From: a virus
Lineage: Duplodnaviria > Caudoviricetes
Direction: 5' to 3' (one strand)
Virus record (IMG/VR): IMGVR_UViG_3300032220_000084
Location: 1 to 52,143 of that record
Length of the DNA stretch: 52,143 bases
Below are positions 36,101-45,543 of this stretch, one piece after another. The position numbers were made by a program, and so were the translations under genes. Within the stretch, counting starts at the first letter, position 1. Each line of letters opens with the position of its first letter. A model generated the notes under the pieces. The model worked only from the letters and a program-made list of their open reading frames with translations, did no database searches and was not told the origin of the DNA.

Positions 36101-39100
36101 TGGACTGAAAAATGGTAAAGAGCATTCCCGCACTGGCACACGATATATAACCATATTGCATGAGCTATTGCATTCCGTTACCACTGCAACATTAGACCCA
36201 TCATTTTTGGGTGGAAAAAGCAAAGAGGCCAATGACTTGCAAGTTGTTCTTGATAAAGTCAAGAAACAAATAAAGGCAGATCAGGCGGCTGGCAGAACGC
36301 ATCCAATTATTGAGCGAATCAGGGTTAACAAAACCAATACGGTAAAAGACATTATGGAGTTGGTGTCATGGGGTTTAACAGACCCAGACTTCCAAGACTA
36401 CTTGTCTAAAGTAAAGGTGGGCAATACCAATGCTTTGACCCGTATGGTTGAGATATTTAGGAAGCTGCTGGGCTTGGATGCCAAGTATGAAACCGCACTT
36501 GATACAGTTGTCAGAACTGCCGACACTATTCTTGACACTCCCTTTGAGCAGATTGAAAAAGAACTTGGCCCAATTGGTTCTAAGAAGCCTGCCGCGCCGC
36601 CTGCTGCACCAGCAAAACCTGCCGCCAAGAATGCTCCGCCTAAATTAACCGCGCCTAAAGGGTTCAAGCTAAAAGAAGGCCGCAATGAGCAAGTTGTGCT
36701 TGCTGCGCGTGAGCTAAAGGCTGGAAACATTACCAAGCAACAGTATGATGAGTATGTAAATTACTACACCCCCATCGGAGAAATACTTGGCGACAAGCTA
36801 GAAGCTCCAATTAATGATGATTTAATGCGGTTAATCTTGGTAAACAAGATTCCTCAGAAAAAAGATCCAAAGCTTGTTAATGCTTCTGTTGAAGACGGCA
36901 CAAAGGTTGGTTTGCGAATGGACATCCCTGCGTTGGAATGGGGAAGAGATAACGGCGTTAATGGCAGCGTAGTGTCCATCCACGAAGGAAAGCCCGCAAC
37001 CAATGCTGCGGCTGGAAAGAATATCAGCTACAAGTCGGCTGGATTTTTAAAGAATGCTGTGTTCGCCATCCGCTCTGAAGAGAAAGCGTTTGGCATTGCT
37101 CAAATGAAAGAAGGGCGTGCAGGACAAAAATCACCGCAGCAGACCATTGAAGGTACTTGGGTCAACATGACTCCAGATGCAATCTTTAAGATGGTTAAGG
37201 AAAAGCTAAACGATCCTGCATGGTCGCAAGTTAGCCTTGATCCGTTGCGCCATTCATTCTTTTACGACAGATCAAACACCAAGCCTGTTGTATCTGCCGA
37301 TGAGGTCTTGCAAGTTGGTCGCTTTGTTTTGGCAAAGAATGTCAAGTATGCGCCTAGAGAAAAATTTCTCTATGAAAAACAGGGCGAAAAGCCAAGTTTC
37401 TTCAAAACAATGATGCCCAATCTTGGTTTTCAAAGATTGCCAAAAGACAGCAACCAAGTATATGAAGATAAAGGCGGAAAAGCTTTCCCTACATTTGAGA
37501 GAGGTGGTGTTCGCGTTGCATTAAGCAGCAATAACGTCTTGTACTTGGATGAAAAAAATAAAGTAAACGAAGGTTACGGCGAACCAGATGAAGTGATATT
37601 GAGATTTTTAGGAACAGATCCCAGTCAAAGACAAAAGGGTCTTGCTTCATCTGCTCTTAAAAACATCGTTGATGGCGCAGACCAATCTGGTGTAACGCTT
37701 TACATAGAGCCTGTAAGTCTTGATACGCAAGGGCTTTCAGATCAAGACTTGGTTAAGCTTTATAAAAAGTTTGGTTTTGAAGAAGAGGGCGGAAACAAAA
37801 TATTGGTTCGTAGACCCGCGGGCGAGGTGGCAGAAAAATCTGCTGAAGAAAGCTTAGGCGACAAGGTAAAAGCCAAGGTCACTACCAAGCTTCAGAAGAG
37901 ACAACCATTGAATCCACAAGACTTTGATGGTGTGTCTCCTGACTTTCTTGACAAAGCCAATCCCATCTTTGTGCCGCAGCACAAGACAATTATTCAGCGT
38001 CTTGAGGAGATGAGAGATCGCTTCTGGCAGCGTCTTGCACAAGGCATTGCCGACCAGTTCCGCACCATCAAAGAGTACAGCGAAGAGGCTTATATGCTGG
38101 CGCGAATGTCCAAGACTGTGGACGGCGCACTTGAAGGTCTAATGTTCTTTGGTCAAGTATTTAATGACGGTGGCGCATTGAATATCAAAGAAGGCACAAA
38201 AGGGTTGATTGAAGTATTAAAGCCTTTGGGCAATGAAGTCAGTCGTTACCAGATGTGGATTGCTTTGAGCCGCGAATCAGAGTTGCCACCAAACAAGAGA
38301 TCACAGATTGATAACTTGGATGAGTTGGTTGATCGTAAGGATGAGCTGATTGCTGGAGACATAGACGGCAAGCCACGGGAGCAAGTCTATAAAGCTGTGC
38401 GCACAGAGATGAATAAGCTGAATCGTTCTGTGCTGAAAGTGGCGCTGGATGCTGGTCTGATTGACTCTACGGCAAATGCTATTGATAGATTGAATGGTCG
38501 CATCCAAGACATTCAGAACAATGACAAGCTGTCTGATGCTAAGAAAGAAAAAGATATTGAGGAATTGGAAGCCGAGATTGCAGAGCTGGAGAAAAACCCA
38601 ATTGGCTATGAGCGTTTCATTGCTGACATCAACTACATTCCGTTCTATCGTGAGATGGAAGATGGTGATGTTTCCAAAGTAATGACTGCTTCCGGCCTGT
38701 CAAACCAGCAATTCTCTAAGGCACTTGAGGGTGGCGTGAGTCCGTTTGCCGATCTGATGGAAAACACATTGCGTAACTGGAGTCACATCCTGTCTGCGTC
38801 TATGAAGAACCAAGCTGCTGCCGCTACGCTGGCCGCTGCCGAGGGTCTTGGTGGTGCAGAAGCAAACCTAAAAGTGCCGTACTACATGATTGATGGCAAG
38901 GTTTACTACCGATCTAACGATGAGATGGTGGGTGATGGATCTGTTAAATCATGGATGACAACTGCGGGTAAAGGAACCATCAAGGTAATGGTCGAGGGTC
39001 AACCTGTCCACTACAACGTGCTTGATCCTTTGCTGCTTGATTCGATTGCTTCTATTGGATATATGGGGCCAAAGTCTAAATTCTTGGATGTGGCAAGAGG

Positions 39101-40697
39101 CTTTAAGAATGTGCTTCAGTTTGGTGTAACCATCTCTCCTGCATTCAAGGTAAACAACTTGATCCGCGACTCGGTTCAAGCTATGGCTGTCAGTGACTTG
39201 AAAAAGAATCCGTTTGCCAACGTGATTAACGGCTGGATATTGAGTGATAAAAACAATCCTGCTCATATATCTGCGTTGGCTGGCGGTGCGCTGTTTAACT
39301 TTGGCTCAATTGTTGAGGGCGACCAAGCTGCTTTAGTTAAGCGGCTGGTAAAGATGGGCGTGAAAGAAGAGCATATCCTCGACACCCCTGCAAAGATTAA
39401 GAATCAACTTAAAAAGGCGTGGGACAAGTACCAAGAGTTTGGCAATAAGTCTGAATCTGCAAACCGCATGGCCTTGTATCAGCAGATGGTTGACAAAGGT
39501 TACGGGCATCTTGAAGCATCCTTCTATGCTAGAGACCTGCTGGACTTCTCTATGCAGGGATCATGGCCTGCCTTCCGCCTATTGACTCAAGTTGTTCCCT
39601 TCTTGAATGCCCGTGTGCAAGGTCTGTACAAGCTGGGCAGAGATGGTGTTAATCCTACTGTGCGAGTGTTCTACAACACAATCACTGGCAAGCCTATTGA
39701 GCAGACAGACAGGCAGAAAGCCGAGTCCTTTGGAATCGTTACCAGTGCAGTTTGCCTTGCATCTTTGGCCTTGTACTTTGCATTCAAAGACGATGAAGAG
39801 TACAAGAAGCGTGACGATTGGGATAGGGATAACTTCTGGTGGTTCAGGTTGCCCGGAATGGACTATGCGTTGCGCATTCCTAAACCGTTTGAGATTGGTG
39901 CGTTTGGCACATTAGCAGAGCGTGTAGCAGAGCAGATCTTTGACCAAGGTGCAGAGGGTAAGCAGTTTGAGAAATCATTAAAGAACATGATTACCAACAC
40001 CTTTGCGGTTAACCTGCCTCAGTTTGTAAAACCTCTGGTGGATCTGTATGCCAACAAAGATTCATTCACTGGTGCGCCTATTGAATCTGCTGGCATGGAA
40101 AGATTGTCTAAGCAAGAACGTGCAACAGATACAACCAGTCCTTTGGCTATTGCCTTGGGTGGCTTGTCAAGTGTTGCTTTGCCGGGAGAGGGTATGTCTC
40201 CTGTGCAGATGGACTACGCTATCAAAGCTTACTTTGGTTGGCTGGGTGGCACGATTGCACACACATCGCACTATGCCGTCATGCCGTTTAAGAGTGGCGC
40301 ATATCCTGATACTAAGTGGATAGACAAGGTGAGCGTAGGACTTATCAAGTCTTTACCTGCAAACCAGTCAAGGTACGCTACAGCCTTCTATGAGAGCAAC
40401 AAAGATATTAGTCAAGCGTATGCTGATATGCGTCACTACGCTGAGATTGGTGACTCTGAAAAGGTCTTGAAGATTCTTGAAGAGAAGAGAGACAAGATAC
40501 AGCTCAACAGGTTCTATGACAAGACAGCCAAGAATATGTCTAAGGTCAGGCTACAGATCAGAGTGATTATGAATGACGAAACAATGAGCGGCGCTGCCAA
40601 GCGAGAAGAGATTGACCGCTTGAAAGAGATTATCTCCATGCTGGCAAAGCAGGCTGAAGATACTCGCAAGTCGTTAAAGGCCGCATCCGAAGAGTGA
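33156..40697 (+). CDS. Giant polyvalent internal virion protein (ddrB-ParB-like, HExxH metallopeptidase, GNAT, LPD38-like)
   Basis: QNRDR...AGNGRIAGL (ParB-like), ILHELLH, QRQKGLASSAL...LVKLYKKFGF (GNAT), and RDLLDFSMQG..PFLNARVQG..RIPKPFEIG (LPD38-like). Confidence 0.75.
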   Translation: MALQTATNPQTGERVVLIGNEWKPFQQTATNKEGAKAYLVNGSWVVEPAAAPAAPKPIPERTYGEAAKDIGASLTSGLGSLVQLPGQLYGLATGDFSKTGLLAAGEDIQKYGEEMKSPALKAKEEARAQKIQEAEKTGQLAAAGTAFGETVTDPALLVGFLVEQVPNLIPALLTGGGTAALTASGIAAKEAAALVASGAAKEAAAIAAKQIAAKKAGELGARAAVGVGAVQQGADVGAGAYEDIYKAAIAKGMPEAEAASTALNAARAAGASAAVISLLAQRLPGARTLEETFAGVKGTTGRIFGGVKGALGESAGEVVEEGGGKFSQNLAMREVNPEQSLTEGLGQAAGMAAIGGGGMGAIAGAARRPAEAPSDTAGIQGTGNPSTNSPIVSTSKVNIDGKESVKTTRRDGSVEIDGIQVTPPDVETLPPEPPPEIPPETPAATKPAAPPPPPEAPKVEFKPADVAALANYTEGLPEESTGIFQQIQNRDRATPPSIKQMQGLRTEPDYDGLKATPDFGSGAPVVVSDIRIPENQMGRQDIATASDRRKIPVQYAVIDANELLASHTVSGQTNPEYGNVTTPAIRAVAGNGRIAGLQASYADNFAGDYRAAMLADNQHGVDPSVIEGIQNPVLVRIMPKSYITPDIGDVSNVGVELKLSPVEKAKNDGNRVDLGSLSFNEDGSINMQTVKQFVQGMPETELGELMDEDGMPTKIAIDRLNNAIFYKAYQSKPLLRLYAQAADEEAKTILQGLAKAASNVSQLDGAGEYDIRKNIIDAAELAVNARRQGIKLKDFASQGQLGLDPNTMTVLEMFAENARSGKRIGEMLGDLAEAASQANDAQESNLLGEESKVPLSDVFKVLKPTAAPDLFTPPSETKPTKPTSPVDVPEPKDFIAKKSLVEIAKEIHGMTATQLAQWAVDNAPNSAAKAIAEKVLVRVKELDERGFFKQPVKVMNRDDLTFRGKFNYNPGKDYRYGYFTFAGLKNGKEHSRTGTRYITILHELLHSVTTATLDPSFLGGKSKEANDLQVVLDKVKKQIKADQAAGRTHPIIERIRVNKTNTVKDIMELVSWGLTDPDFQDYLSKVKVGNTNALTRMVEIFRKLLGLDAKYETALDTVVRTADTILDTPFEQIEKELGPIGSKKPAAPPAAPAKPAAKNAPPKLTAPKGFKLKEGRNEQVVLAARELKAGNITKQQYDEYVNYYTPIGEILGDKLEAPINDDLMRLILVNKIPQKKDPKLVNASVEDGTKVGLRMDIPALEWGRDNGVNGSVVSIHEGKPATNAAAGKNISYKSAGFLKNAVFAIRSEEKAFGIAQMKEGRAGQKSPQQTIEGTWVNMTPDAIFKMVKEKLNDPAWSQVSLDPLRHSFFYDRSNTKPVVSADEVLQVGRFVLAKNVKYAPREKFLYEKQGEKPSFFKTMMPNLGFQRLPKDSNQVYEDKGGKAFPTFERGGVRVALSSNNVLYLDEKNKVNEGYGEPDEVILRFLGTDPSQRQKGLASSALKNIVDGADQSGVTLYIEPVSLDTQGLSDQDLVKLYKKFGFEEEGGNKILVRRPAGEVAEKSAEESLGDKVKAKVTTKLQKRQPLNPQDFDGVSPDFLDKANPIFVPQHKTIIQRLEEMRDRFWQRLAQGIADQFRTIKEYSEEAYMLARMSKTVDGALEGLMFFGQVFNDGGALNIKEGTKGLIEVLKPLGNEVSRYQMWIALSRESELPPNKRSQIDNLDELVDRKDELIAGDIDGKPREQVYKAVRTEMNKLNRSVLKVALDAGLIDSTANAIDRLNGRIQDIQNNDKLSDAKKEKDIEELEAEIAELEKNPIGYERFIADINYIPFYREMEDGDVSKVMTASGLSNQQFSKALEGGVSPFADLMENTLRNWSHILSASMKNQAAAATLAAAEGLGGAEANLKVPYYMIDGKVYYRSNDEMVGDGSVKSWMTTAGKGTIKVMVEGQPVHYNVLDPLLLDSIASIGYMGPKSKFLDVARGFKNVLQFGVTISPAFKVNNLIRDSVQAMAVSDLKKNPFANVINGWILSDKNNPAHISALAGGALFNFGSIVEGDQAALVKRLVKMGVKEEHILDTPAKIKNQLKKAWDKYQEFGNKSESANRMALYQQMVDKGYGHLEASFYARDLLDFSMQGSWPAFRLLTQVVPFLNARVQGLYKLGRDGVNPTVRVFYNTITGKPIEQTDRQKAESFGIVTSAVCLASLALYFAFKDDEEYKKRDDWDRDNFWWFRLPGMDYALRIPKPFEIGAFGTLAERVAEQIFDQGAEGKQFEKSLKNMITNTFAVNLPQFVKPLVDLYANKDSFTGAPIESAGMERLSKQERATDTTSPLAIALGGLSSVALPGEGMSPVQMDYAIKAYFGWLGGTIAHTSHYAVMPFKSGAYPDTKWIDKVSVGLIKSLPANQSRYATAFYESNKDISQAYADMRHYAEIGDSEKVLKILEEKRDKIQLNRFYDKTAKNMSKVRLQIRVIMNDETMSGAAKREEIDRLKEIISMLAKQAEDTRKSLKAASEE
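34432..34445. repeat. Dispersed palindrome copy TGGAAACGTTACCA
   Basis: Exact match, with G/C flanks. Confidence 0.9.
34886..34899. repeat. Dispersed palindrome copy TGGAAACGTTACCA
   Basis: Exact match. Confidence 0.9.
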
Positions 40698-41411
40698 TGC
40701 GCACTGTGCATCCTCTTCTGCAAAGTCTCCACGATCTCTACCGTCCTTTGCCCACGCAATAACGCCATAGATACCAAGGGCGCTGAAACGTTTAGGGCGG
40801 AACATAGGCTTGCCTATTTCCACCTCTAAATCATTTACTCTCTCAATTTCGCCGGGCGTGAGGCGTAGAAAGTCTTGTCTGTTGGCATTAACACACGGAT
40901 TACATTCCAGCGATCTGTGCGGCAGAGGCTCAAATCCTGATCTTTCAATGAGGGCGTTACGTTCTGCATCTGTGTGAAGGTAAAGTGGATGCCACAAAGT
41001 CCTACCGCCGTGATACTCAGAGTCATAGATGTACTCGGGTGTATTCTTTCGGGCTTCACTTTCTGCGCGGCGCTTGCCTACCATCACGATAGCTGTGCAG
41101 TCTTTGTCTTCCTCATCAATCCACTCAAGAAACGGAACACCTTTGAGGTGTGCGGTGCAGAACTGCTGGGCGTTGCCGGGAAATCCCTTCTTCATGCGCA
41201 CCAGCTCTTGCATCCCAAGGCTCTTGACTATGTGTGCTTGCATACCATTGGCCTTGGCGTAGGCGTGAACCTTTTCTACACGCACCATCCAGCCCGGCGC
41301 TGACCAGCCTGTATCGCAAAACACCACATGAACATTGGGTAACTTCTGCTCAATAGACCATTGAATCATTGCCAAGCTGTCATTGCCTGCTGAACTACTG
41401 ATTACGTTCAT
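40674..41411 (-). CDS. PAPS reductase-family protein
   Basis: SSAGNDS PP-loop-like motif, FCDTGW, FCTAHLK, GKRRAESEAR and CNPC. Confidence 0.8.
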   Translation of the reverse strand: MNVISSSAGNDSLAMIQWSIEQKLPNVHVVFCDTGWSAPGWMVRVEKVHAYAKANGMQAHIVKSLGMQELVRMKKGFPGNAQQFCTAHLKGVPFLEWIDEEDKDCTAIVMVGKRRAESEARKNTPEYIYDSEYHGGRTLWHPLYLHTDAERNALIERSGFEPLPHRSLECNPCVNANRQDFLRLTPGEIERVNDLEVEIGKPMFRPKRFSALGIYGVIAWAKDGRDRGDFAEEDAQCASLFGCGL

Positions 41412-41664
41412 CAACTAGCCTTTCGATGGTAACGTTTAGAGCATCTAGCTCATTCATTTTCTTGATCTTCCACATACGCTTCTGTCCGTGCCAGCCCATC
41501 ATAGAACCCTGATGGCAGTCTTTGCATAAAGCCACCACACAATACTGTAGGGACTGCTCTATGTGGTGAGCATCAGATGGAGCAGGCGCATCACAGACAG
41601 AGCAGGGTAGCATCTTCACCCTGCCTATGTGCGCCCTCTGTTTAGCGGTTAGATTATTATTCAA
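41395..41664 (-). CDS. Ref/DUF968-like HNH-fold nuclease
   Basis: LPCSVC...DAHHI...ALCKDCHQG. Confidence 0.7.
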   Translation of the reverse strand: MNNNLTAKQRAHIGRVKMLPCSVCDAPAPSDAHHIEQSLQYCVVALCKDCHQGSMMGWHGQKRMWKIKKMNELDALNVTIERLVDERNQ

Positions 41665-41848
41665 GGTCAGGGTATCTGTTGCGTCTTTCCTGCATCATGT
41701 CTTCTGCCATGTCGTAGGCGGTTTTAGAAAAGTCGGGCATGGTCATACCTGTCTCGCTGACAAGTGCTTGCATTACCTTGGCGGCAAAGTAGTCCACCAA
41801 TGTCATGCCCTTTATGTCGGTTCGGTGTGGGTCTGGAAATGCCATCAT
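41657..41848 (-). CDS. Conserved small phage protein (GMTLxDYFAAKA family)
   Basis: AFP...GMTLVDYFAAKVMQ...AYDMAEDMM. Confidence 0.7.
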   Translation of the reverse strand: MMAFPDPHRTDIKGMTLVDYFAAKVMQALVSETGMTMPDFSKTAYDMAEDMMQERRNRYPDLE

Positions 41849-42042
41849 CGCTTCACCCTTTCTTTCATCATTTCTTCTGCTCTATCAAAAGCCCTAGATG
41901 CTGCCGTTGCGCTATGTACATCGGGGCCTACGCTCATCAAAGCAAAAGCCGCAAACCAATCCATTAAGGTAATCTCTTGGATGGATATAGGCTCTTCTTT
42001 GCTGACCAAGGCTTCGATACCTTCAGGTTTTTTTCTTGCCAT
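41845..42042 (-). CDS. Small phage protein, divergent paralogue of the same family
   Basis: ITLMDWFAAFALM...AFDRAEEMM. Confidence 0.6.
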   Translation of the reverse strand: MARKKPEGIEALVSKEEPISIQEITLMDWFAAFALMSVGPDVHSATAASRAFDRAEEMMKERVKR

Positions 42043-42340
42043 CTTTGCCCCCTACCGATTGATTGAGAATCATCGCTTCAATCTGTCGAGACAGAAGTTC
42101 GGCAATAGATTCACCTCCAATAGAAATACTGCTGGCGCTATCGTTTTCTTTGACCACAGAGATGGCATCTCGCAGCCCCTTGTTGTAGCCGCCATTAAAT
42201 ACATCGTCACCTTCCACAATTAAAGTGATTGCGTCACGCACAAGAGCCGTAGCCTTGCGCTGACCCGCAGCCTCTTTGAGCTTCAGGTAAATGTCTTCTC
42301 TCAGGTGTACTGAGTAAGGTACTAGCCGTTTCGTTTCCAT
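42023..42340 (-). CDS. Ribbon-helix-helix DNA-binding protein
   Basis: YSVHLREDIYLKLKEAA...ATALVRDAI fits the Arc/CopG-type RHH pattern. Confidence 0.6.
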   Translation of the reverse strand: METKRLVPYSVHLREDIYLKLKEAAGQRKATALVRDAITLIVEGDDVFNGGYNKGLRDAISVVKENDSASSISIGGESIAELLSRQIEAMILNQSVGGKDGKKKT

Positions 42341-42741
42341 GCTTTAAATTCCTCGTTGATGTTTAATAAGATCTGTGATGCTTCGGGGTTAGTCTTCAGC
42401 TCGGCGCGAGATAAAACGCCCAACTCAGAACGTAACCACTCGGTTGCCGCTTTTGTATTTGCTTCGGGAATAAAACCTAAGCTGACAAGCCAGTCGTGAA
42501 ACCTCGTGTCTGCGCTTAGGATTCCTGCAAGCTGAACAATGTCGCGGGGTAGATCTTGATCCCTGTTCATTGGCTTTTCTTCGCCGTTCAATCGCACCAT
42601 GACAACCTGATACCTAGCCCCAACGAAATCCCGCAGGATCTCGTCAGGTACCTCGTCAGGATGCAGGGAAAGGGTAAGTACATACCCCGTCTTGTCCTGC
42701 TTCATAGCCATCTTCACGGCTTCAAATTGACTGGTTTTCAT
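42322..42741 (-). CDS. Hypothetical protein
   Basis: Full-length ORF in the leftward operon. GVLSRAELKTN motif. Confidence 0.65.
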   Translation of the reverse strand: MKTSQFEAVKMAMKQDKTGYVLTLSLHPDEVPDEILRDFVGARYQVVMVRLNGEEKPMNRDQDLPRDIVQLAGILSADTRFHDWLVSLGFIPEANTKAATEWLRSELGVLSRAELKTNPEASQILLNINEEFKAWKRNG

Positions 42742-42744
42742 GGT

Positions 42745-43218
42745 CTATTCGTAAATTGCTTTGTTGTGCCTGTGCCAGTCTTTGTGACAGGATTCACATA
42801 GCCATCTAACGTCCAGTGGTTTTGTATAGTCATCGTGATGTGCCTCTACTTTCTTTGTTGATTTACAAATTGAACATACTGTTTCTGCCTTTAGCTTCCC
42901 ATCTCGTATGTAGTTTCTTGTTATGACATGAGCTGCATGTTTCATTGGAAACTTTTCTCGATACGAATCCATTGCTTTTTTCTTTGCTCTTTTACCCGCC
43001 CCAGTTTTTGAGTAATCCTTTCTTGCCTGAACTCGGTGCGGCTCGTTTGCTCGCGCCTTGTCGTAGGCTTGAATCTTTTCAAGATTGACCTCTCTGTGTT
43101 TTTTAATCCTACATTTCACGCACTGAATGCACTTGTTAAGGTGACCATCTGCCATCGCTTCGTGTTTATAGAACTCCAAAAGAGGCTTCTCTGTGTTGCA
43201 CTCTCGACATATCTTCAT
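42745..43218 (-). CDS. HNH endonuclease-like protein
   Basis: N-terminal CRECNTEKPLLEFY..CIQC and C-terminal CSIC..EAHHDDY..VRWLCESCH. GGAG RBS. Confidence 0.75.
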   Translation of the reverse strand: MKICRECNTEKPLLEFYKHEAMADGHLNKCIQCVKCRIKKHREVNLEKIQAYDKARANEPHRVQARKDYSKTGAGKRAKKKAMDSYREKFPMKHAAHVITRNYIRDGKLKAETVCSICKSTKKVEAHHDDYTKPLDVRWLCESCHKDWHRHNKAIYE

Positions 43219-43256
43219 AGTTAATCTCCAGAAAGGTATGCCTCAAGTATACCATT

Positions 43257-43562
43257 CTAAAATGGTACATCATCCGAATCAATCGCATCAACCTTCTTAG
43301 GTGCTGGCTTGGCTGCTGGCACATAAGGGTTGTCCTTTGGCTTGGGCTTGTAGTTGTTCCATGACATACGCAGCCATTCGCCATACTGACCAGTCATTTT
43401 CCAAGCGCCAAGCTTGATAACGATGTCGTCCAAGTCATGCTCTTCAAGTAACTGCTTGAGGGCGGAACGATCCATTGTCAGTTCGCCCACCATGTCAGGC
43501 TTTGCTGGTGTGTCCTTGTACTTGTTTGTGGAAAGCTTTCCACTATTCGGGTATTGCGCCAT
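43257..43562 (-). CDS. Putative single-stranded DNA-binding protein
   Basis: NSGKL..NK...PDMVG...GAW, acidic C-terminal tail DSDDVPF, adjacent to ERF. Confidence 0.65.
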   Translation of the reverse strand: MAQYPNSGKLSTNKYKDTPAKPDMVGELTMDRSALKQLLEEHDLDDIVIKLGAWKMTGQYGEWLRMSWNNYKPKPKDNPYVPAAKPAPKKVDAIDSDDVPF

Positions 43563-44232
43563 TGTCTTTCTCCTTTAAACGATCTTTGTAAAGTTTGAAT
43601 GAAGCCAATACAGCTTTGTACTGGTCTTCGTCTGCCTCTTTGAGCTTGTCAAAGATGTTGCGGTTGACCTTGAAGATGTTGGTTACATCGCTCTCTGTCT
43701 GTGCAACATTAAGCTGGATGCTGGTAGCTTGCATTACAAGAGTTACCCACTCTTCTGTAGTGCAGCCTTCTTTTGCTGTGAGTTTGAGCTGCCAAGGAAG
43801 TTCTTTGCCCTCAATCTTTGCTGGCGGTTTTGTTACCACCTTCACTGGTTCGGACTTGACTTCTTGCTTCTCTGCATCCACCGTGTCGGACTCGACTATC
43901 TCCATCGCCATCAACCACAAGTACCTCCGAAGATAAGTATGGGTACTGCCCAGCAACTGAATGGGCTGACCCTTGGCGGCTTCTGCGTAAACGATAGGCG
44001 TAGAGAATTCAATCTTGCCATCGCTCTCTGCGTCATAGATGGTTAGAGTTGCTGTCTCTCCAAACGTCACCACACCACACAATCCAACTGCGTCAAACAG
44101 TTTGTGAACTGTAGGAATGAAGTCGCCTAATTCGTAGTAGAACCAGCCGCCATAGGAGTTATGGCCTGTTTTCTTGAGGTTGGCTTTTGAAAGCTCATGC
44201 CTCGCTCCTTGCAGTTTTTTATAGACTGTCAT
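43543..44232 (-). CDS. erf: ERF-family single-strand annealing protein
   Basis: KKTGHN....YYELGD and GSTHTYLRRY (ERF GSxxTYxRRY motif). Confidence 0.85.
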   Translation of the reverse strand: MTVYKKLQGARHELSKANLKKTGHNSYGGWFYYELGDFIPTVHKLFDAVGLCGVVTFGETATLTIYDAESDGKIEFSTPIVYAEAAKGQPIQLLGSTHTYLRRYLWLMAMEIVESDTVDAEKQEVKSEPVKVVTKPPAKIEGKELPWQLKLTAKEGCTTEEWVTLVMQATSIQLNVAQTESDVTNIFKVNRNIFDKLKEADEDQYKAVLASFKLYKDRLKEKDNGAIPE

Positions 44233-45097
44233 GTTGATCCTTGAGATATTTTTGGTATTGAGTACAGAAGCTACTGACTTGGCAATACTTATCGCAGCGT
44301 GTGCGCTCGCCCTGTCTAACTTCTATTGCGTAGCCTTTGAGCTGGCTTAAAGCTTCTTGCGCATCCTCAAGTGTCTTGTGGACACTCTTTGCGCGTACAC
44401 CATCAATCTTCTTGACGGCATAGGTTGTTTGCTTCTCCCACATTTCTTCAGGTGTACATTCGGACATCTCTCCTTCTGTCTCGCTGTCGAAATATGCTTC
44501 GCTGTGCAAGTGGATGCGATCTTTGATGTACGCCTCACGTTTCTCCATAGGCCACAGAGGAATGTCAATCGTGGCAATAGGAGAAGAGGGGTAGCCTTCT
44601 TTGACCACATCCCTTGCCGCCCAGTCACGCACAATGGCAATGATCTTAAGCTTCTTGATTGGCTTCTTCTTTACCTTCTCAACTAGCCATGCGTAAATGT
44701 TTAGCTGGTTGTGCCAGTCTTGTTTCTCATTCATCACTGACCATGCGCCTGTGACTTTGTAGTCAGAGATGATGATTCCATCCTCTTCAACTTCTTGTAA
44801 GTCAATCGCGCCACTAAGTTTCCATCCATCAAACTCAGTAAAGATTCGCTCTTCAACAACGTGATGCGCATCTTTGCCATGTTCTAGGATGTTGTGAACG
44901 GCGGAGCCAAACAGCGCCCATACCATCTCACTGGCATCAGTCTCAATCTCATCCCAATGCTTACGCTTGAGCTGAACTATCCGAGGACTGTTGAGCAGCT
45001 CCGTCACTGATATGTTTGCCTTCCCCTTGGTGTAGGTCGGGCGGTGTATCACATTGACGAATGTCTGCGGCAGGTTGTACTTGTTTGTTAGTTTCAT
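44219..45097 (-). CDS. Cas4-like / PD-(D/E)xK exonuclease
   Basis: GSAVHNILE, LSGAIDL, DYKVT, QLNIY and C-terminal RCDKYCQVSSFC. Confidence 0.8.
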   Translation of the reverse strand: MKLTNKYNLPQTFVNVIHRPTYTKGKANISVTELLNSPRIVQLKRKHWDEIETDASEMVWALFGSAVHNILEHGKDAHHVVEERIFTEFDGWKLSGAIDLQEVEEDGIIISDYKVTGAWSVMNEKQDWHNQLNIYAWLVEKVKKKPIKKLKIIAIVRDWAARDVVKEGYPSSPIATIDIPLWPMEKREAYIKDRIHLHSEAYFDSETEGEMSECTPEEMWEKQTTYAVKKIDGVRAKSVHKTLEDAQEALSQLKGYAIEVRQGERTRCDKYCQVSSFCTQYQKYLKDQHDSL

Positions 45098-45195
45098 AGG
45101 TAAAGGTTCCGTACTTGTTTAGATTTCTTCGCATCTCTTCTTCTTTAAACTCTTTGTCTGATAGGTAGTTCTGATACTGCCCATCAATCCAATCG

Positions 45196-45447
45196 TCATG
45201 ATTCATCTTTGTCACCTAAAACTTCCATGTCCGTAAGAAACTCGGTTGCATCATCATAAAAATTGCCACAATGCTCAAGATACTTTTCTCTTTTTACCTC
45301 GTGCAACTGTGCGCAAACCGAACTTCCAATCGCAAAGACTGAAAAAATTAGTGTCGGGTCTTCGCCTTCATTTTCAAATTCTGTCAAAATCTCCATAGCT
45401 AATCTTGCTGCGCGAGTAGCTTGCTCTCCATCCGAATAATCTGTCAT
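45196..45447 (-). CDS. Hypothetical protein (first gene of the leftward operon)
   Basis: GGAGGA RBS on the minus strand at 45455-45460. Confidence 0.6.
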   Translation of the reverse strand: MTDYSDGEQATRAARLAMEILTEFENEGEDPTLIFSVFAIGSSVCAQLHEVKREKYLEHCGNFYDDATEFLTDMEVLGDKDES

Positions 45448-45480
45448 TTATCTATCCTCCTGTCTGTTGATTGGCATTGT

Positions 45481-45509
45481 AATGTACCTGATGAATTGTG
45501 TGGTGTCAA
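45481..45509 (-). promoter_or_regulatory. Sigma70-like leftward promoter
   Basis: Minus strand reads TTGACA (45509-45504), 17 bp, TACATT (45486-45481). Confidence 0.65.
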
Positions 45510-45543
45510 GCGGTATGTTATAACTGGTACATTATTTAAACTC

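Noticed and set aside
44961-45215. 84-aa minus-strand ORF
   Set aside because: Overlaps the exonuclease by 137 bp. It may be a real short gene, but I cannot support it.
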